This document shows positions 9,754 to 19,666 of a DNA stretch of 64,000 bases, in pieces. Origin of the DNA: Armatimonadota bacterium (lineage in GTDB: Bacteria; Armatimonadota; SYMT01); the NCBI GenBank assembly GCA_041690135.1, contig JAWLHY010000013.1, positions 84,921 to 148,920 of the forward strand. The letters run 5' to 3'. The notes under the pieces were generated by a model. That model was not told where the DNA came from, searched no databases, and saw only the letters and a list, made by a program, of their open reading frames with translations. Both the position numbers and the translations under genes were made by a program. Each line of letters starts with the position of its first letter. Position 1 is the stretch's first letter.

Positions 9754-10546
9754 TGCGATCGACATCCGCCACCGGAGCACGGGGGAAGTGCTGCTCCGCC
9801 TGGAGGGGAAAGCTCTGGAGCGCCGCGACCTCTCAGGAAAGAACCTGGCGGGCGCGGACCTGCGGGGCTGGCACCTGGCCCAGGCGCTGCTGGAAGAAAC
9901 CGTCCTCGAAGGGGCGGACCTGCGCAACGCCGACCTGAGCTACGCCGACCTGCGAGGGGCCAATCTTTCCCAGGCGGAGTTGGACGGGACCAACCTGGAT
10001 TATGCGGTCCTGCGGGGCGCCAACCTCCATGCCGCGGATTTGCAAAAGGCGCGTCTCTTCGCCGCCCGCCTGCGCAGGGCCGATCTCTCTTCCGCGTGCC
10101 TGAACGGGGTTTACGCGCCCAATGCCGACTTCCGCAGTGCGAACATGGTCGAGGCCTCGCTGATCGACGCGAACCTCTACTGGGCCGACCTGGGCGGCGC
10201 CAATCTGAAAGGCGCCCAGGTGCGTGCCACGAACCTGGAAGGCGCTACGCTGGAAGAAGCGGTACTGGCGGGCGCCGACCTGTCCCAGTGCAACCTCATG
10301 CGGGCGGACCTGCGGCTGGTGCGCGCGCAAGAGGCCCGCTTCCAGGAGGCAATCCTCTTGCGGGCCGAACTGCACGGCGGTGACTTCCGGCGCGCGCTCC
10401 TGGTCGAAGCGAACCTGCGGGGTACCCGTCTGCACGAAGCCGACTTCCGGGAAGCGGATCTGCGGGGTGCTCACTTCTCCGCTGCGAAATACAATGGGAA
10501 GACACAGTGGCCGGAGGGGTTTCATCCTGCAAGGCGTGAGGCGTGA
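9746..10546 (+). CDS. pentapeptide repeat protein
   Basis: Many A(D/N)Lxx repeats; GTG start after GAGGAGG. Confidence 0.92.
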   Translation: MSDAIDIRHRSTGEVLLRLEGKALERRDLSGKNLAGADLRGWHLAQALLEETVLEGADLRNADLSYADLRGANLSQAELDGTNLDYAVLRGANLHAADLQKARLFAARLRRADLSSACLNGVYAPNADFRSANMVEASLIDANLYWADLGGANLKGAQVRATNLEGATLEEAVLAGADLSQCNLMRADLRLVRAQEARFQEAILLRAELHGGDFRRALLVEANLRGTRLHEADFREADLRGAHFSAAKYNGKTQWPEGFHPARREA

Positions 10547-10680
10547 GGCGTATTGCGTGTTGCGTAAATCGACGTGCGGGGTAGGTGCGGTGACAGAAGT
10601 GCAACCTCGGGGGGGTATGCGTGACGCGTAATGCGTGAGGCAGAATTTGGGCTGGGTTGGCAGGTTAGGAGGGTGGGCAA

Positions 10681-11286
10681 CTGGTACGGGTTAAGATTTG
10701 CGGGATAACCAGTGTTGAGGATGCGCTGGGGGCCGTGGATGCGGGGGCGGATGCGCTGGGGTTTGTGTTCGCACCGAGCCCACGGCAGGTGACGCCGGAG
10801 GTGGTGGGGGCAATCCTTCGCGAGTTGCCACCGTTCGTGACTACGGTGGGGTTGGTGGTGAACCAGGACCCCCTCCCCATCCTCCAGGCTTGCCCGCTCG
10901 ACGTGATCCAGTTCCACGGGGACGAGACACCGGAGATCGTGGCACGCCTGGGGCGGCGGGCGCTCAAGGCGTTCCGGGTACGCTCAGGCGAGGATCTCCA
11001 GGTGCTGCCGCGGTACGGAGCCGTCTCCGCTTTCCTGCTGGATGCTTACGTGCCGGGAGTGGCGGGGGGAACCGGTCATCGCTTTCCGTGGGAGTTGGCG
11101 CAGCAGGCAGAGCAGTATGGGAAGCCGGTGATTGTCGCGGGCGGGCTGACTCCGGAGAACGTCGCCCTTTGCGTGGAGACTACCCGTCCCTACGGAGTGG
11201 ACGTATCCAGCGGAGTGGAGGCGGTGCCCGGCAAGAAAGACCCCTCGAAGGTTCGGGACTTCATCCAGGCGGTTCGGCAGGCTTAG
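10681..11286 (+). CDS. trpF: phosphoribosylanthranilate isomerase (CTG start)
   Basis: VKICGIT N-terminus, GADALGF, QFHGDE, GGTG..F.W, GVDVSSGVE; the only in-frame start candidate after AGGAGG is CTG 10681. Confidence 0.93.
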   Translation: MVRVKICGITSVEDALGAVDAGADALGFVFAPSPRQVTPEVVGAILRELPPFVTTVGLVVNQDPLPILQACPLDVIQFHGDETPEIVARLGRRALKAFRVRSGEDLQVLPRYGAVSAFLLDAYVPGVAGGTGHRFPWELAQQAEQYGKPVIVAGGLTPENVALCVETTRPYGVDVSSGVEAVPGKKDPSKVRDFIQAVRQA

Positions 11287-11332
11287 CAATGAGCGACCGC
11301 CGGCGCCTTCTCCGGTTGGCCTGGGACAATCA

Positions 11333-11397
11333 GGAATGGGGGAATGGGCGTGTCTCCGTGCGAGCATCCCCCCGCTCCCCCATTCTTCACTTTTCCC
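11333..11397. repeat. 8-mer repeat hairpin between convergent genes
   Basis: GGAATGGGGGAATGGG pairs with CCCGCTCCCCCATTC. Confidence 0.5.
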
Positions 11398-11433
11398 GTT
11401 CGCTTCGGTGAACGGAACCGCCGCTACTGACCC

Positions 11434-14400
11434 TTACGGCCAGTAACGCTCGTCGAGGTTGCAGGCGGGACAGCGGAACTGGGCGTCGAGGAGCTTCTGG
11501 ATGTCGCCGCCGAGCCAGCCGTGACAGCGGGGGCAGTAGTAGCCGTCGGTGGGATAGAACTCCGCGGAACGTCCCTCGATGGGCATTCCCTGCAGGCGGC
11601 GGAGGTGGGCGAACTCCGCCGGGTTCTGGAGCCCCTCGGTGCGGAACTCGAAGAACGAGCGGGTGAGCGCATCGTTGCGGCGGTAGGCCCGCCGGAGGAT
11701 GCGGTCAGCCTTGCGCAGGTCGAGGTCCGTAACGCCGAAGATCGTGAGCGATTTGACCGCCTGGTCGATCAGCCGGATCACGTGCGCGTGCCCCTGCGTG
11801 TCGCAGTAGGTGCTGAAGCGCATCGCGAGGGTGCGGCGCAGAAGCGTGTAGTCCGGCAGGAGCAGCTTGGCGACCGCGGCCGGGAAGGGCAGCGGCAGGG
11901 TGGCGCCGCGCTCCGTGGCATCCGTTCCGGTGGCGTAGAAGACGTAGAACTCTCCGGAAACGATCTGATACCAGCCCTCGGACGGGATCTCCCCACGTGT
12001 CGACGGCAGCCAGGGGAGAGCCTCATCGGCGGGACGGCCGAGCAGCAGTGTAAGAAGCCAGGCTTCCTCCGTCGCTTCGACCTGGCTGGGCGGCACCAGT
12101 GCGTCGATCCAATCGACGTCGCGGCGAGTGTGCCAGAACTTGAAGTCGGTATCCCCTTCCGCGCTCTGCAAGGCGTGGTTGTCGTACTGGTTGGCGCGGA
12201 CGACGCCCTCCATCTGACCCAGCGTGAAACCGTGCTTTTCGCGGATGATGAGCAGCCGGAACGGGTCGTCGCTGTCGATCAGGCCGCCGCGACGAAGCTC
12301 CATGCTGTTGCGGACCCGCTGCTCCACCCGCGCAATGGAAGGGCGCTGTCCCTCCCCGCTCCCCGTATCCATGAAGGCGAGGTAGGACTGCATCGGGTTC
12401 GCGCCCCGGACCCCAGCGAGCTGGTCGCTGACCTGGGCCGCGGAGACGCCGAGGCGCGGCTCGCTGGACTGAACGACGGTGTCGAGGTCGGCGTCGGCGG
12501 CCTTGTCGGCGATGTGGACCTGCTCGCGGAGCGGGGTGAACATGGCGCGGGCGCGGGTCTCGGCGGCGGCGCGCAGGTCGCCGGGGATCATGTCGCGGGC
12601 GCTCTGGATGCCGGGCCGTGGGTCGAAGGCCGCCTGTCCGTCGTCGCGGGTGAGCTCCTGGCGCAGCGAGTCGAGCGCGCGGAGCACTTCGCGCATGGCG
12701 GCGGCTTCTTTCTGCGCGTCGTCCCAGCCGGTGGCGGGCTCGTCCGGCCACCGCTGCTGCCGGAGCAGCTTGTAGTATTCCTCGGTTACGGTACCGCGCG
12801 GGGAAGGCGGCTCCGCGTCGAAGTAAACCTTTCCGTTCACGCTGGGCGACTGGGCCGCCAGCTCCTTCCAGGCACCTTCTAACTCGGTGGCTTCCTGCCC
12901 AAAAGCGGCCTGGATCTGGTCGAGGCGGCGCAGCAGCGGGGCAGTGAGCTTGCGGTACTGGTCCACCATCTCGCGGATGACGTCCTTGCGCTGGACGTGC
13001 GTGGCCGCCTGGATGCGCAGTTCCGTGTTAAGGTAGCTGTTGATCTGGCCGCTGGCCGTCTCCCAACTCTGGCGGAGGCGGTCCCGCTTGTTCCAGACCA
13101 GCGGGTTGTTCTGGACTTTCTCGATCTCGTCGAGCTGGCGGTTCAGGATGTCCCGCATCATCTCCGCGTCCTGCCGCTGCTCGGGGAGAGCGGTCTGCGC
13201 TTTCTCGGACCACTGCTCCAGGTCGGCGAGGAACTGCCGCGTGACGGCCGAGATGAGCCCCGGTCCGCCGGAGAGGCTGAAGAGGTACTGCTCCAGGAAC
13301 CGGTCGACGTCGCGACGGATGCTTTCCAGCAGCCGGGCGTGGTTGTTCTGGATGATCTGCGCCAGGGTCGGGAGGCTGGAGGCTCCGGCGGCCGGCGGGG
13401 TGACGGTCCCCGTCAGGGCCGTCTCCTGGGCGGTGAAGCGGGTATCGACTTCTCGCAGGAGTTGGCGGATCTGCTCCACTTTGGGGACCGCGCCCTCCGC
13501 CATTGGCTTGAAAGCCTCCTGAAAGAGGTGGGTGCTGACCTGGTCCGCGCCCTGGGTGAGGCGTTGGAGGAGGGCATCGAAGTCGGTGCCGCCCAGGAGT
13601 TGCAGCGCGGCGGAGAATTCATCCGAGTCGGTGCGGTGGCGGCACCAGCGCCCGTAGGCCCCGGCAAGGAGGCGGTTGGTGGCCGCCCGCTGGATGTGCT
13701 CGCCGGGATACTCCAGGGCCGCCACGCCCATGGTGCTGAAGAGCGGGCGCATGAAGCCGATGCTCTCGGAGCCCTCCATCTTCCCGAAGGCGTCCACGTC
13801 GCTGGCCGCGATCTCGAACCCGGCGGGGCCGACGGCCGCCGCCAGGTACTGGCCGATCATGGCGTTCAGGCGCTGGACGTCCTCTCCCGAGGGGCCCTGC
13901 GGCATCACTACGCGGCAGATGTCGTAGGGGCGCTCGGAGCGGACCTCCGGGTTGAGGAACTCCGGCAGCTTTTGCTTCCAGAGGGTGTTGTCGAGCTGGT
14001 AGTAGTTCAGCTCCTTGAGGGCATAGTAAGCGTTCTTCTTATAGCGGCGGGAGAGCGCATGGCTGAAGCCCGGGTGCGGAATGGTGAAGATCGCCTGGCG
14101 GCGCGCGCGGTCCTTGCTCCAAACGGCGGTGAGGTATCCCAGATCCGAACAGCCGCCGCTGCCGGTGCCGCCGCAAAGGGTGCCGACGACATAGACGACC
14201 GTTCCGCCCTCGTGGATCTTCACCGTGAGCCCCGCCTCGCCCAGGGAGTCCGCGATGTTCTGGGGCGTGAGCCGCTCCAGGTAAGCCAGGTCCTCGGTGA
14301 CGCGGCGACGGAGCCCCTCGTAGGTGCGGGGGTGGAAGAGGCAGAGACGCCCGAGCATCCGGCTGTTGCCCGCGCCGTCGGCCGGGTTGTTGATGTCGCG

Positions 14401-14688
14401 GAGGGTGGGCCCGTCCTGCCACTCGTAGAAGCCGAACTCCGCGCCGCTGGTCCGCGGGCTATTCAGGTACGGGAGGTACTCCTCGCGGGTCATTCCGCCC
14501 CACATCACCCGATCGCCCAGGATCGAATGCGGCTGGGCTGTCTCCAGCACCAGCAACCGCACCCAGGCGGCGCGCTCGAAGCTGCCGTATTGCCAGTTGA
14601 GGTGCTCCGCAAGCTGCTCGGCCACCCGGAGACCGGTGCTGCCGAGGCCGATCACGAGCGTTTTGCGGACGGGGAGGACACCCTTCAT
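11434..14688 (-). CDS. tubulin/FtsZ-like GTPase (Tubulin_2-like) with long helical region and C-terminal Zn finger
   Basis: LVIGLGSTG, GAGNSRMLGR, TLCGGTGSG tubulin-signature variant; CPRC..CPAC at C-terminus. Confidence 0.85.
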   Translation of the reverse strand: MKGVLPVRKTLVIGLGSTGLRVAEQLAEHLNWQYGSFERAAWVRLLVLETAQPHSILGDRVMWGGMTREEYLPYLNSPRTSGAEFGFYEWQDGPTLRDINNPADGAGNSRMLGRLCLFHPRTYEGLRRRVTEDLAYLERLTPQNIADSLGEAGLTVKIHEGGTVVYVVGTLCGGTGSGGCSDLGYLTAVWSKDRARRQAIFTIPHPGFSHALSRRYKKNAYYALKELNYYQLDNTLWKQKLPEFLNPEVRSERPYDICRVVMPQGPSGEDVQRLNAMIGQYLAAAVGPAGFEIAASDVDAFGKMEGSESIGFMRPLFSTMGVAALEYPGEHIQRAATNRLLAGAYGRWCRHRTDSDEFSAALQLLGGTDFDALLQRLTQGADQVSTHLFQEAFKPMAEGAVPKVEQIRQLLREVDTRFTAQETALTGTVTPPAAGASSLPTLAQIIQNNHARLLESIRRDVDRFLEQYLFSLSGGPGLISAVTRQFLADLEQWSEKAQTALPEQRQDAEMMRDILNRQLDEIEKVQNNPLVWNKRDRLRQSWETASGQINSYLNTELRIQAATHVQRKDVIREMVDQYRKLTAPLLRRLDQIQAAFGQEATELEGAWKELAAQSPSVNGKVYFDAEPPSPRGTVTEEYYKLLRQQRWPDEPATGWDDAQKEAAAMREVLRALDSLRQELTRDDGQAAFDPRPGIQSARDMIPGDLRAAAETRARAMFTPLREQVHIADKAADADLDTVVQSSEPRLGVSAAQVSDQLAGVRGANPMQSYLAFMDTGSGEGQRPSIARVEQRVRNSMELRRGGLIDSDDPFRLLIIREKHGFTLGQMEGVVRANQYDNHALQSAEGDTDFKFWHTRRDVDWIDALVPPSQVEATEEAWLLTLLLGRPADEALPWLPSTRGEIPSEGWYQIVSGEFYVFYATGTDATERGATLPLPFPAAVAKLLLPDYTLLRRTLAMRFSTYCDTQGHAHVIRLIDQAVKSLTIFGVTDLDLRKADRILRRAYRRNDALTRSFFEFRTEGLQNPAEFAHLRRLQGMPIEGRSAEFYPTDGYYCPRCHGWLGGDIQKLLDAQFRCPACNLDERYWP

Positions 14689-14691
14689 AAA

Positions 14692-16104
14692 CTAGCCTTC
14701 TCTGGAATAAATGAACTCCAGCCGCACAGGCGGCCGGGCGGAAGCGGCGGAAGCGACCCGGCAGACCAGGCGGTCTCCCGGCGCGAGGTTGAGCTGACGG
14801 CTGTTGCTGGCGGTAACGTTGATGCCCTTGAGCTCCAGGAAGCTGGTATCCCCTTCCGCCTGGACCTGCATCCGTCCCTTCTCATCCCATGATACTGCGG
14901 CGAGACGGGTGCCCGACCCATTTCCACCGGCCGGACCTTCCGTATCCTCTTTCAGCGTGGGGCCCGCGTCGCCATCCTGAACGAGAGCCCAGCGGCTTGC
15001 AGTGGTGAGGCCCTTGAGCGGCACGCGGGTTTCGTGCGGCGCGGCCCCGATCACCGCGGTAACAGAACCCGGGAGCGGGCGACCCTTCTTTACCGGCTCC
15101 GGCTTTTTCCCCTGCGCCGTGCCGGGCTTGCGTCGCATCGCCAGCACCGCCGCTATGATCCCGGCGAGAACGAGCAGACCGATCACCAGCGGCCACGGGA
15201 ACCCGCCGCCGCGCTCGCGCTCCACGGTCCGTTCCGTCGTGGTGCTGGTGTGGGTCTCGGTGCTGCTGCCTCCCGGCCCCGGTGTCGCGGCCTGCACCGG
15301 ATTGGGCAGCGTCTCGCTCGGAGCGGGACGGTCTGCCGGGGGCTGCCAGGTCTCCACGGGGAATCCGGGATAGCGCGCCGTGTTGGGTGTTCCCGGCAGC
15401 GGTTTCGCCTTCTGCGGGAAGAGCGCGGTGACGTCGATGTTCAGCGGCCCCGACTTCGACTGAGCGGTGAACGAATGCCGCACCGGCTGCCGGTAGTTGT
15501 AGGCCTTCAGCGCATCCTTCAGCAGGGGGTTATTGGCCCCGAACAGGGTGGCGCGCTGCCCAGTCGGCCCCTGGCTCTGGTTGGTGTTGGTGAGGAGCAG
15601 GACGAGGGTGCTGGGCGCCTCCTGCTTCGACACCACGTTGGTGAGCGTTTCGTAGAGCGCCCGCTCGGTATCGTGCCCGCCCCGGCTACCCGCCGCCGGT
15701 GCGTACGGGACGTCGTCCACGAAGGCAGCGCGGGTCTGTGGATCTTCCGTGAGCTTGATGCGGTCGCCCGTGTGCCAGAGCTTCATCTCCCAGCCGAGGG
15801 GCGTGACCTGGTCGCCGGGGGCCAGCCCGTTGTTGAGCAGCGAGAAGGCCAGGCGCCGCATAGCGATGGCGTGGACCGGGTCCGACCCGTAGTGGCCCGT
15901 GGAGAAGCCAACCACGAAGTGATAGCGCTCGTTCTCCAGGTCGCCGCCGCTGCGCCGGACCTCGTCTTTGAGCCAGCGGTCGAGCTCCGCGCGCGGGACC
16001 TGGGTAATGATGCGGTAGTCGTTGGGGTCGGGGGTCTGGGCGCGGGCGGCGGCTGGGGCGAGCAATACTGTGGCGAGGAGGGCGGAAGCAAGTCGGTGAT
16101 GCAT
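14692..16104 (-). CDS. single-pass membrane protein: signal peptide, degenerate vWA-like domain, Pro/Thr linker, TM helix, FHA-like cytoplasmic domain
   Basis: MHHRLASALLATVLLAPAAARA signal; LAPGDQV, DTERALYETL, LVLLLTN vWA-like strands; TM followed by RRK; LAPGDRL tail; stop 3 nt before the tubulin-like gene start. Confidence 0.6.
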   Translation of the reverse strand: MHHRLASALLATVLLAPAAARAQTPDPNDYRIITQVPRAELDRWLKDEVRRSGGDLENERYHFVVGFSTGHYGSDPVHAIAMRRLAFSLLNNGLAPGDQVTPLGWEMKLWHTGDRIKLTEDPQTRAAFVDDVPYAPAAGSRGGHDTERALYETLTNVVSKQEAPSTLVLLLTNTNQSQGPTGQRATLFGANNPLLKDALKAYNYRQPVRHSFTAQSKSGPLNIDVTALFPQKAKPLPGTPNTARYPGFPVETWQPPADRPAPSETLPNPVQAATPGPGGSSTETHTSTTTERTVERERGGGFPWPLVIGLLVLAGIIAAVLAMRRKPGTAQGKKPEPVKKGRPLPGSVTAVIGAAPHETRVPLKGLTTASRWALVQDGDAGPTLKEDTEGPAGGNGSGTRLAAVSWDEKGRMQVQAEGDTSFLELKGINVTASNSRQLNLAPGDRLVCRVASAASARPPVRLEFIYSREG

Positions 16105-16142
16105 GATGCATGATGCGTGATGCGTGATGCGTAATGCGTAAT
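16097..16142. repeat. 7-mer array (TGATGCR/TAATGCG)x6
   Basis: tgatgca tgatgca tgatgcg tgatgcg tgatgcg taatgcg. Confidence 0.9.
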
Positions 16143-16989
16143 CGGAACCGCCTTCGGCACGACGGGTGCGGTCGTCAGGGCATGCGGTGTTGGGAGTGAG
16201 AGGTGCGGTCTGTTCGGCTAGCACGCGCGTTACCCGGTTCCGTATTCGTTCGATCAGCATTTTCGGGTCCACTCCCCAACCCTGCTCTTCACCTGTTTCA
16301 CCGCGGCGCAGGACGCTCGCGAGTTTCCAACGCAGTACACCGCTGTATAGATACGCCTTCGAGGGGCTCCGGTACTTCTTGCTACGCGGATTAGGACCAG
16401 GATTACGATGAGGATGAGGATGGGAGTGCGGGGAAAGGGATGACGTTCGTTTCGCAATGTCCGGGGTTCGGCTTCGACACAGAGGGACACGAGAGGGACA
16501 CGAGAGGGCTACGAGAGGGAATACGGAGCCGGAATGGGAGAGGACCCCGAAACCGCATGACTCTCCGGGGCAAGCACGGATGGGAAGGGAAGGATGCAGT
16601 CCGTTGCCCAGAAGGCAAGTGCGGGGTACTGCCAGGTGGGAGCCCAGCGCTGGCTGCGGATCCTGTAAGGAGGCGCTGCGCGGTCCAACACGAAAACACG
16701 AAAAATCCCAGAGGGAGCCCTCCACTTTGGCTGGGTGGAGAACTTGGGCAGCGGTCGCAGGGGCGAGATCCGAGGTGATGCCTGGTTGGGCGGAACGGGA
16801 GGCGGAGACAAGGTCGCAAGGCGCCGATGCAATCGGCGAGTCCACACTGAGGGGCATGGCGGGTGTTGGTTTGGCAGGGCGGGAGACGGAGGAGATTGCG
16901 CGAGGGCTCGCGCACCTCGTCTGTGAGGGCGCAGAGTTGTGGGGCACGGGTGGCGTGATGTCCATTGGGCGCCCAGGGGTGGATCTCCG

Positions 16990-18861
16990 ATGACAGCCGT
17001 GAAAACCTGTGATTTGAACTGGCGGGTGGTGTTGCCCGGAGTGTACCTGTTTCCGGATAGCTGCAATGTATACGCGGTGGCGGGACCGGAAGGGCTGCTG
17101 ATCGTGAACGCTGGCACGGGGGCGTGGCTGGAGCACCTGGAGGAACTGCCGGGGCGGCCGGCGGCGCTGGCGTGCACGCATTTTTTCCGGGACCACTCCG
17201 CGGGGGCGGTGCGGGCGGCGGAACGGGGGATTCCGGTGTTCGTGCCGGAGGGCGACGAGGCGTTGTTTGCCGATCCCGTTCAGCACTTCCGGGAGCGGCA
17301 GACGTACATCATCTACGACAACCTCTGGAACCTCTTCGCGCCGATCGAGGCGACGCCGGTGGCTGGAGTGCTGCGGGACTACGAGCGGCGGACCCTGGCG
17401 GGGCTGGAGGTCGAAGTGATCCCGCTGCCGGGGGTGACCCTGATGCAGAGCGGGCTGGAACTGCGGCTGCCGGGGGACGGACGGAAGGTGGTGTTCTGCG
17501 GCGAGGCGATCCACTCGCCGGGGCGGCTGGCCCGAATCGCACCACTGCAGTACCAATACAACGACCTCTCGGGAGCCGTGAATTGCCACCACTCCGCGCA
17601 GGCGCTCCGGGACCGGCAGCCTGACGCGCTACTGCCGAGCCTGGGGAGTCCCATCCTGGAAAACCCGGATGGAGCCCTGGCGCAACTGCAGGACTCGCTT
17701 GGCGGGCTGTGTGCCGGCCGTCCCGAGGAATCGGCGGCGATCGCGAACCTGGCGGAGGCGCCGCTGGAGCGGGTGACGGACCACGTCTGGATGGCGCCGC
17801 AGTCGGAGGCGCTTTCGTGGTTCGTGATCAGCGAGTCGGGTAAGGCGCTGGTCCTGGACTACGGGTACAGCAAGCGCGGGACGATGCTGCAGGGGTACCC
17901 CACGCCGCAGCGGCGGCGGGCACTGCTCCACAGCCTCACGGCGCTCCGGCGGCAGTTCGGTATCGACCGGATTGATGTGGCGCTGCTGAGCCACTTCCAC
18001 GACGACCACGTGTGCGGGGTGCCGGTGCTGCAGCGGTTGTTCGGGACGGAGTGCTGGGCGTCGGAGGCGTTCGCGGACCTGCTGGAGCACCCGGAGGCGC
18101 ACTGTTTCCCCTGCGACTGGCCGACGCCGTGCCGGATCGACCGCCGGATCCCGGTGGACGGCTCGGTGCAGTGGGAGGAGTACACCTTCCACTTTGCCCC
18201 GATGAACGGCCACACGCGGTTCGCCGCCCTCATTGGGTTCGAGGCGGACGGCCGGCGGTTCGCCCACACTGGAGACCAGTACTTCTTCCAGAAAGGCGTG
18301 GGCGATTGGGAGAACAATCCCATCGCGCAGAACCACGTGTACCGGAACGGCGCACTGTTGGATGGCTACCGGCAGAGCGGCGAGTGGATGTGTCGCTGGC
18401 AGCCGGAGGTCGTGCTGTCCGGCCATCGGCCGGCGATGTTCACGGATGCCGCCTTCTTCCGGCGGATCACCGACTGGAGTGAGGAGTACGCGGCGCTGCA
18501 CCAGCAGGCGATGGTGTTGGGCGACGACGAGGCGCACTTCAACCTGGATAGCTGGGGCGGATGGATCTGGCCGTACCGGACGCACCTGCGGGAGCCGGGC
18601 CCGGCGCGGGTGTGGGTGACGGTCCGCAACCCCCTCCCCCACCCCGCGACACTCCAGGTCCGGCTGGCGGTCCCGCGCGGCTGGGAGGGAACGGGCGCCG
18701 AACTCCAGGCGGAGGCACGGGCGGAGGTGAGCTGCGAGTTGACTTTCACGCCGGGTGGACCTTGTCGCCGGCAACCGATGGCGGTGGAGTTGTGGGCGAA
18801 CGGGAGACCTTTTGGCCAGGTGGCGGAGGCTCAGGTCACCGTCGGGGGTGAGCGGTTTTGA
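16990..18861 (+). CDS. tandem metallo-beta-lactamase-fold hydrolase
   Basis: THFFRDH (degenerate) and SHFHDDH motifs; GHT, HTGD. Confidence 0.8.
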   Translation: MTAVKTCDLNWRVVLPGVYLFPDSCNVYAVAGPEGLLIVNAGTGAWLEHLEELPGRPAALACTHFFRDHSAGAVRAAERGIPVFVPEGDEALFADPVQHFRERQTYIIYDNLWNLFAPIEATPVAGVLRDYERRTLAGLEVEVIPLPGVTLMQSGLELRLPGDGRKVVFCGEAIHSPGRLARIAPLQYQYNDLSGAVNCHHSAQALRDRQPDALLPSLGSPILENPDGALAQLQDSLGGLCAGRPEESAAIANLAEAPLERVTDHVWMAPQSEALSWFVISESGKALVLDYGYSKRGTMLQGYPTPQRRRALLHSLTALRRQFGIDRIDVALLSHFHDDHVCGVPVLQRLFGTECWASEAFADLLEHPEAHCFPCDWPTPCRIDRRIPVDGSVQWEEYTFHFAPMNGHTRFAALIGFEADGRRFAHTGDQYFFQKGVGDWENNPIAQNHVYRNGALLDGYRQSGEWMCRWQPEVVLSGHRPAMFTDAAFFRRITDWSEEYAALHQQAMVLGDDEAHFNLDSWGGWIWPYRTHLREPGPARVWVTVRNPLPHPATLQVRLAVPRGWEGTGAELQAEARAEVSCELTFTPGGPCRRQPMAVELWANGRPFGQVAEAQVTVGGERF

Positions 18862-19015
18862 TCCGCAAGGGGGATCCTTCGCCCATACCGGCGGGCTTAC
18901 GACGCTCCACCCCTCGGGGCACAAGCCTCGCGTTTCGCTCGGGATGGCGTCCCCATAACAACGAGCTGTACTCAAGCGGTGAAAGCGTCAATCTGAATCG
19001 TCTGCAAGCTGTTCT

Positions 19016-19666
19016 CTATGCAGGACGACCGGCGGGCTCGGTGAGGCCATGTTCGAGGGCGTAGCGGATGAGCTCGGCCGTGGTCTCGACTTCGAGTTTT
19101 TCCAGGATGCGAGCGCGGTAGGTGCTGACGGTCTTCACGCTGACGCAGAGCTGGTTCCCGATTTCGGAGACGGTACGGCCGGTAGCCAGGAGGCGGAGCA
19201 CCTCGAACTCGCGGTTGGAGAGGGTTTCGTGACGTCGGTGGGCGGGCCGGCCGGCCACCTCGTCGGCGAGCAATTCGGCCAGGGTCGGGCTGATGTATCT
19301 TTTCCCGGAGGCCACCTGCCGGATGGCACGAGCCAGTTCTTCCGGTGCCGTTTCTTTGGTCATGTAGCCTGCCGCTCCGGACCGCAGGAGGCGGACTGCG
19401 AACTGGTCTTCCGGGTGCATGCTCAAGATCAACACCGGCAGGTCGGAGCGCTCGGACTTCAGCTCTCGCAATAGGTCCAGGCCGCTGCGGCCCGGCATGG
19501 TAATGTCGAGTACCAGAACATCACAGGGGTTGCGGATCATCAGTTGCAACAATTCCGCGGCGTTCGATGCCTCGCCGCAGACCTGGATGTCGGGTTCGCG
19601 CGAGAGGATCATCCGCACACCGCACCGCAGCAGGGCATGATCGTCGGCGATGATGGTGCGGATCAT
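19016..19666 (-). CDS. NarL/FixJ-family response regulator
   Basis: ADDH, LDITMP receiver; LSNREFEVL..KTVSTYR LuxR HTH. Confidence 0.95.
   Translation of the reverse strand: MIRTIIADDHALLRCGVRMILSREPDIQVCGEASNAAELLQLMIRNPCDVLVLDITMPGRSGLDLLRELKSERSDLPVLILSMHPEDQFAVRLLRSGAAGYMTKETAPEELARAIRQVASGKRYISPTLAELLADEVAGRPAHRRHETLSNREFEVLRLLATGRTVSEIGNQLCVSVKTVSTYRARILEKLEVETTAELIRYALEHGLTEPAGRPA

Noticed and set aside
11434-14688. Calling this gene ftsZ
   Set aside because: Far too long, divergent motifs, and no dcw cluster context.
16105-17592. N-terminal half of the 966-aa ORF
   Set aside because: Antisense to the MBL gene and translated through repeat DNA; the signal peptide indicates a start near 16104.
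18869-18955. GGATCCTTCG..CGCTCGGGATG palindrome
   Set aside because: Resembles REP-type scars, but it is a single degenerate copy with no associated gene.
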